Below, piece by piece: positions 58,229 through 64,000 of a stretch of DNA of 64,000 nt (position 1 is its first letter; each line of letters opens with the position of its first letter). Source of the DNA: Escherichia coli 042 (GTDB lineage: Bacteria; Pseudomonadota; Gammaproteobacteria; Enterobacterales; Enterobacteriaceae); assembly GCF_000027125.1 (NCBI RefSeq), contig NC_017626.1; one strand, written 5' to 3'. Position numbers and translations under genes: made by a program. The notes beneath the pieces are model-generated. The model had not been told where the DNA came from. It saw nothing but the letters and a program-made list of their open reading frames with translations, and searched no databases.

Positions 58229-58430
58229 TTTGTCGCGTCCTGATGGTAGCGCAAAGTGTGTCGTAGTTCACGATCTCGACAGATAATTTATAACCACTTG
58301 ATTTTTAAGTTTTTTGAAATTCATCAATCAGATTGCTTTGTTAAAAAGCGATCGATATATTTGAAATCAGATTTCGCATATTGAAATTTTATGCCAAAAA
58401 AGCGATCAAAAAAAAACAAGGAAGCCAGGG

Positions 58431-59429
58431 ATGAAAGTGACATTTGAGCAGTTAAAAGCAGCCTTTAATCGAGTCTTAATTTCACGCGGCGTTGACAGCG
58501 AAACGGCTGATGCCTGTGCCGAGATGTTCGCCCGCACCACCGAATCCGGCGTTTATTCTCACGGCGTCAACCGTTTCCCTCGTTTCATTCAACAACTGGA
58601 AAACGGCGATATCATTCCCAATGCCCAACCCAAACGTATAACCAGCCTCGGCGCAATTGAACAGTGGGACGCCCAGCGTTCGATCGGTAACCTGACAGCG
58701 AAAAAGATGATGGATCGCGCCATTGAACTGGCTGCCGATCACGGTATTGGTCTGGTGGCACTACGTAATGCCAACCACTGGATGCGCGGCGGCAGCTACG
58801 GCTGGCAGGCGGCGGAAAAAGGCTATATTGGCATTTGCTGGACCAACTCCATCGCCGTAATGCCGCCGTGGGGCGCAAAAGAGTGTCGTATCGGCACCAA
58901 CCCGCTGATCGTCGCCATTCCTTCTACCCCAATCACCATGGTCGATATGTCGATGTCGATGTTCTCTTACGGCATGTTAGAAGTTAACCGTCTGGCAGGC
59001 CGTCAGCTCCCGGTCGATGGTGGCTTTGATGATGAGGGCAATTTGACCAAAGAACCTGGCGTTATCGAGAAGAATCGCCGCATTTTGCCGATGGGCTACT
59101 GGAAAGGTTCTGGCATGTCGATTGTGCTGGATATGATCGCCACTCTCCTTTCTGACGGCGCATCGGTTGCCGAAGTCACCCAGGACAACAGCGACGAATA
59201 CGGCATTTCACAAATTTTTATTGCCATTGAAGTAGATAAGCTTATCGACGGCCCCACCCGCGATGCCAAGCTGCAACGCATCATGGATTACGTTACTACC
59301 GCTGAACGCGCTGACGAAAACCAGGCCATCCGCTTACCCGGCCACGAATTTACTACCCTGCTGGCCGAAAACCGCCGTAACGGCATCACCGTTGATGACA
59401 GCGTGTGGGCCAAAATCCAGGCGTTATGA
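58431..59429 (+). CDS. yiaK: 2,3-diketo-L-gulonate reductase YiaK, 332 aa
   Basis: ORF track. Confidence 0.9.
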   Translation: MKVTFEQLKAAFNRVLISRGVDSETADACAEMFARTTESGVYSHGVNRFPRFIQQLENGDIIPNAQPKRITSLGAIEQWDAQRSIGNLTAKKMMDRAIELAADHGIGLVALRNANHWMRGGSYGWQAAEKGYIGICWTNSIAVMPPWGAKECRIGTNPLIVAIPSTPITMVDMSMSMFSYGMLEVNRLAGRQLPVDGGFDDEGNLTKEPGVIEKNRRILPMGYWKGSGMSIVLDMIATLLSDGASVAEVTQDNSDEYGISQIFIAIEVDKLIDGPTRDAKLQRIMDYVTTAERADENQAIRLPGHEFTTLLAENRRNGITVDDSVWAKIQAL

Positions 59430-59437
59430 GGAGATAA

Positions 59438-59908
<471 letters not shown>

Positions 59909-60025
59909 TCGAATAATCGTCTACGCCAGAACGCCTGGGTAATGTTATTGCTCTAACTATATTAATAATTTAGGTTGCTGCACATGCAACTTGAATTATG
60001 ACAGACATAGCCTCAAGGAATAGCT

Positions 60026-60499
60026 ATGAAAAAAATACTTGAAGCAATACTGGCGATTAATCTCGCCGTACTTTCCTGTATTGTGTTTATAAACATTATT
60101 TTAAGATATGGTTTTCAGACAAGCATTTTATCTGTAGATGAATTGTCACGTTATTTATTTGTCTGGTTAACATTTATTGGCGCGATTGTGGCTTTTATGG
60201 ATAACGCCCACGTTCAGGTCACCTTTCTGGTGGAGAAACTCTCCCCCGCATGGCAGCGACGAGTCGCTCTGGTTACCCATTCCTTAATCTTATTTATTTG
60301 TGGCGCACTGGCCTGGGGCGCAACGCTAAAAACAATTCAGGACTGGAGCGATTATTCACCGATCCTCGGTTTGCCCATCGGCCTGATGTATGCCGCTTGT
60401 CTGCCCACCAGCCTCGTTATCGCATTCTTTGAACTGCGTCATTTATATCAACTCATCACGCGTAGCAATTCTCTAACGTCGCCACCGCAAGGAGCTTAA
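60026..60499 (+). CDS. yiaM: TRAP transporter small permease YiaM, 157 aa
   Basis: ORF track; 4-TM small membrane protein. Confidence 0.9.
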
Positions 60500-60501
60500 T
60501 C

Positions 60502-61779
60502 ATGGCTGTGCTGATTTTTCTGGGCTGTCTGTTGGGTGGTATTGCTATCGGTTTGCCTATTGCCTGGGCACTGTTGTTGTGCGGAGCGGCGTTAATGTTC
60601 TGGCTGGAGATGTTTGATGTCCAGATCATGGCACAAACGCTGGTGAACGGAGCCGACAGCTTCTCCCTGCTGGCGATCCCGTTCTTTGTGCTGGCGGGTG
60701 AAATCATGAATGCGGGCGGCTTGTCGAAACGCATTGTTGACCTGCCGATGAAACTGGTGGGGCATAAGCCTGGTGGGCTTGGCTACGTCGGCGTGCTGGC
60801 GGCAATGATTATGGCGAGCCTTTCCGGTTCTGCCGTTGCAGATACCGCCGCCGTTGCCGCACTACTGGTGCCGATGATGCGCAGCGCCAACTACCCGGTC
60901 AACCGGGCTGCGGGGCTGATTGCCTCTGGCGGCATTATCGCGCCAATTATTCCCCCTTCCATTCCGTTTATTATCTTCGGCGTTTCCAGCGGATTATCCA
61001 TCAGTAAGCTGTTTATGGCGGGCATTGCCCCAGGCATTATGATGGGCGCAACGCTGATGCTTACCTGGTGGTGGCAGGCCAGTCGTCTTAACTTACCCCG
61101 CCAGCAAAAAGCGACGATGCAGGAAATCTGGCACTCTTTTGTCTCCGGTATCTGGGCGCTGTTTCTTCCGGTCATCATTATTGGGGGTTTTCGCTCCGGT
61201 CTGTTTACCCCTACCGAAGCCGGGGCCGTTGCTGCTTTCTATGCGCTGTTTGTCGCCACAGTTATTTACCGTGAAATGACCTTCGCCACACTTTGGCATG
61301 TGCTCATTGGCGCAGCGAAAACGACCTCAGTGGTGATGTTTCTGGTGGCCTCGGCACAAGTTTCCGCCTGGCTGATCACCATTGCTGAACTGCCGATGAT
61401 GGTTTCTGATTTACTGCAACCGCTGGTCGATTCACCGCGTCTGCTGTTTATCATCATTATGGTGGCTATCCTGATTGTCGGCATGGTCATGGATTTAACG
61501 CCGACGGTATTAATTCTTACCCCGGTATTAATGCCTTTAGTTAAAGAGGCAGGAATCGATCCGATTTATTTCGGTGTCATGTTTATCATTAACTGCTCAA
61601 TCGGCTTAATTACACCGCCTATCGGTAATGTGCTTAACGTTATTTCAGGGGTGGCAAAACTCAAATTCGATGATGCAGTCAGAGGCGTTTTCCCTTACGT
61701 CCTGGTTTTATATTCATTATTAGTCGTATTTGTTTTTATTCCCGATCTCATCATCCTCCCTTTGAAATGGATTAATTAA
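60502..61779 (+). CDS. yiaN: TRAP transporter large permease YiaN, 425 aa
   Basis: ORF track. Confidence 0.9.
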   Translation: MAVLIFLGCLLGGIAIGLPIAWALLLCGAALMFWLEMFDVQIMAQTLVNGADSFSLLAIPFFVLAGEIMNAGGLSKRIVDLPMKLVGHKPGGLGYVGVLAAMIMASLSGSAVADTAAVAALLVPMMRSANYPVNRAAGLIASGGIIAPIIPPSIPFIIFGVSSGLSISKLFMAGIAPGIMMGATLMLTWWWQASRLNLPRQQKATMQEIWHSFVSGIWALFLPVIIIGGFRSGLFTPTEAGAVAAFYALFVATVIYREMTFATLWHVLIGAAKTTSVVMFLVASAQVSAWLITIAELPMMVSDLLQPLVDSPRLLFIIIMVAILIVGMVMDLTPTVLILTPVLMPLVKEAGIDPIYFGVMFIINCSIGLITPPIGNVLNVISGVAKLKFDDAVRGVFPYVLVLYSLLVVFVFIPDLIILPLKWIN

Positions 61780-61791
61780 AAGGAAAATATT

Positions 61792-62778
61792 ATGAAATTA
61801 CGCTCTGTAACCTACGCATTATTCATTGCTGGCCTGACTGCATTCAGCACATCTTCTCTGGCGGCACAATCTTTACGTTTCGGTTATGAAACATCACAAA
61901 CCGACTCGCAACATATTGCGGCGAAAAAATCCAATGAATTATTACAGGAAAAAACCAAAGGCGAACTGAAATTAAAATTGTTTCCGGATAGCACCCTCGG
62001 TAATGCGCAGGCGATGATCAGCGGCGTGCGTGGCGGCACTATTGATATGGAGATGTCTGGCTCTAACAACTTTACGGGGCTCTCGCCCGTCATCAACCTG
62101 CTCGACGTCCCTTTCCTGTTCCGCGATACCGCTCACGCGCATAAAACGCTCGACGGCAAAGTCGGTGATGATCTGAAAGCCTCACTTGAAGGTAAGGGAC
62201 TGAAAGTACTGGCCTACTGGGAAAACGGCTGGCGCGATGTCACCAACTCGCGCGCACCGGTTAAAACCCCCGCCGACCTGAAAGGGCTGAAAATTCGCAC
62301 CAACAATAGCCCGATGAATATCGCCGCATTCAAAGTCTTTGGCGCTAACCCGATCCCGATGCCGTTTGCCGAAGTCTATACCGGGCTGGAAACGCGCACT
62401 ATCGACGCTCAGGAACACCCGATCAACGTCGTCTGGTCAGCAAAATTTTTCGAAGTACAGAAGTACCTTTCTCTGACGCACCACGCCTATTCGCCACTTC
62501 TGGTGGTGATCAACAAAGCGAAGTTTGACGGCTTAACCCCGGAGTTCCAGCAGGCGCTGATCTCATCTGCGCAGGAAGCGGGTAACTACCAGCGCAAACT
62601 GGTTGCCGAAGATCAGCAAAAAATCATCGACGGCATGAAAGAAGCGGGCGTGGAAGTCATCACCGATCTCGACCGCAAAGCCTTTAGCGACGCACTGGGG
62701 AATCAGGTTCGCGACATGTTTGTTAAAGATGTGCCGCAGGGAGCTGATCTGCTGAAAGCCGTGGATGAGGTGCAATAA
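61792..62778 (+). CDS. yiaO: TRAP transporter periplasmic solute-binding protein YiaO, 328 aa
   Basis: ORF track; signal peptide. Confidence 0.9.
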   Translation: MKLRSVTYALFIAGLTAFSTSSLAAQSLRFGYETSQTDSQHIAAKKSNELLQEKTKGELKLKLFPDSTLGNAQAMISGVRGGTIDMEMSGSNNFTGLSPVINLLDVPFLFRDTAHAHKTLDGKVGDDLKASLEGKGLKVLAYWENGWRDVTNSRAPVKTPADLKGLKIRTNNSPMNIAAFKVFGANPIPMPFAEVYTGLETRTIDAQEHPINVVWSAKFFEVQKYLSLTHHAYSPLLVVINKAKFDGLTPEFQQALISSAQEAGNYQRKLVAEDQQKIIDGMKEAGVEVITDLDRKAFSDALGNQVRDMFVKDVPQGADLLKAVDEVQ

Positions 62779-62781
62779 ACC

Positions 62782-64000
62782 ATGACGCAATACTGGCTGG
62801 GGTTAGATTGTGGCGGTAGCTGGCTGAAAGCCGGGCTGTATGACCGCGAAGGCCGGGAGGCAGGCGTACAACGCCTGCCGCTGTGCGCATTAAGCCCGCA
62901 GCCAGGCTGGGCAGAGCGCGATATGGCAGAACTGTGGCAATGCTGCATGGCTGTCATTCGCCCCCTGCTTACTCATTCTGGTGTTAGCGGGGAACAAATA
63001 GTCGGTATCGGCATCTCCGCACAGGGAAAGGGCTTGTTTTTGCTGGATAAAAACGACAAGCCGCTCGGTAACGCCATTTTGTCCTCGGATCGCCGGGCGA
63101 TGGAAATCGTTCGTCGCTGGCAGGAAGATGGCATCCCGGAAAAACTCTACCCGCTGACGCGACAAACCTTGTGGACCGGGCATCCGGTGTCGCTGTTACG
63201 CTGGCTGAAAGAGCACGAACCGGAACGCTACGCGCAAATTGGCTGCGTGATGATGACGCACGACTACCTGCGCTGGTGTTTAACCGGCGTCAAAGGTTGC
63301 GAAGAGAGCAATATTTCTGAGTCCAATCTCTACAACATGAGTCTTGGGGAATATGACCCGTGCCTCACCGACTGGCTGGGGATCGCTGAAATCAACCACG
63401 CCCTGCCGCCTGTTGTCGGATCTGCCGAAATCTGCGGGGAGATCACCGCTCAGACAGCCGCACTGACCGGTCTGAAAGCGGGTACGCCCATTGTCGGCGG
63501 CCTGTTTGATGTGGTTTCCACCGCACTCTGTGCCGGGATCGAAGACGAATTTACCCTTAATGCGGTGATGGGCACCTGGGCGGTGACCAGCGGCATAACC
63601 CGTGGTTTACGTGACGGTGAAGCGCATCCGTATGTCTATGGTCGCTACGTTAACGATGGTCAATTTATCGTTCACGAAGCCAGCCCTACCTCTTCCGGCA
63701 ACCTCGAATGGTTTACCGCACAGTGGGGAGAAATCTCGTTTGATGAGATTAACCAGGCCGTTGCCAGCTTGCCGAAGGCCGGGGGCGATCTCTTTTTCCT
63801 GCCGTTCCTGTACGGCAGCAACGCCGGACTCGAGATGACTAGCGGTTTCTACGGGATGCAGGCCATTCACACCCGCGCACACCTGTTGCAGGCCATTTAT
63901 GAAGGCGTAGTGTTCAGCCATATGACCCATCTCAACCGGATGCGCGAACGTTTTACTGATGTGCACACCCTGCGCGTCACTGGCGGCCCGGCGCATTCCG
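62782..64000 (+). CDS. lyxK: L-xylulose kinase LyxK (SgbK/YiaP), N-terminal ~406 codons; continues past window end
   Basis: Hand translation from ATG ~62782: MTQYWLGLDCGGSWLKAGLYDREGREAGV...; FGGY kinase; not in ORF track because it runs off the edge. Confidence 0.8.
   Translation, partial: MTQYWLGLDCGGSWLKAGLYDREGREAGVQRLPLCALSPQPGWAERDMAELWQCCMAVIRPLLTHSGVSGEQIVGIGISAQGKGLFLLDKNDKPLGNAILSSDRRAMEIVRRWQEDGIPEKLYPLTRQTLWTGHPVSLLRWLKEHEPERYAQIGCVMMTHDYLRWCLTGVKGCEESNISESNLYNMSLGEYDPCLTDWLGIAEINHALPPVVGSAEICGEITAQTAALTGLKAGTPIVGGLFDVVSTALCAGIEDEFTLNAVMGTWAVTSGITRGLRDGEAHPYVYGRYVNDGQFIVHEASPTSSGNLEWFTAQWGEISFDEINQAVASLPKAGGDLFFLPFLYGSNAGLEMTSGFYGMQAIHTRAHLLQAIYEGVVFSHMTHLNRMRERFTDVHTLRVTGGPAHS

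Overview
This window reads as a conserved Escherichia coli chromosomal segment with K-12-like gene order, and I found no foreign island, prophage, IS element, integrase or CRISPR array in it. Gene order is: pdeK(yhjK) 5' end, cellulose locus bcsCZBAQR / bcsEFG, a tandem array of LDR (ldr/rdl type I toxin-antitoxin) repeats, yhjV, dppFDCBA, tRNA-Pro proK, eptB, yhjX, yhjY, tag-yiaC, bisC, yiaD, ghrB, yiaF, yiaG, cspA, hokA/mokA, glyQS, ysaB, wecH, yiaA, yiaB, xylBA / xylFGH-xylR, bax, malS, avtA, ysaA, yiaJ, yiaKLMNO and the start of lyxK. Gene identities come from recognising the translated ORFs; nothing was searched against a database. Coordinates taken from the ORF track are exact; those placed by hand (tRNA, small RNAs, terminators, REPs, the pdeK start) may be off by a few bases. 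What stands out is strain-level variation rather than a new system: (1) five tandem 483-bp LDR units where K-12, from memory, has one; (2) tandem ~170-bp repeats beside proK, each carrying a copy of the last ~19 nt of the tRNA plus a terminator hairpin; (3) a +1 frameshift that splits xylR; (4) an intact bcsQ, giving a complete bcs locus; (5) an intact hokA/mokA locus with no IS element. The differences from K-12 are from recollection and need alignment to confirm.
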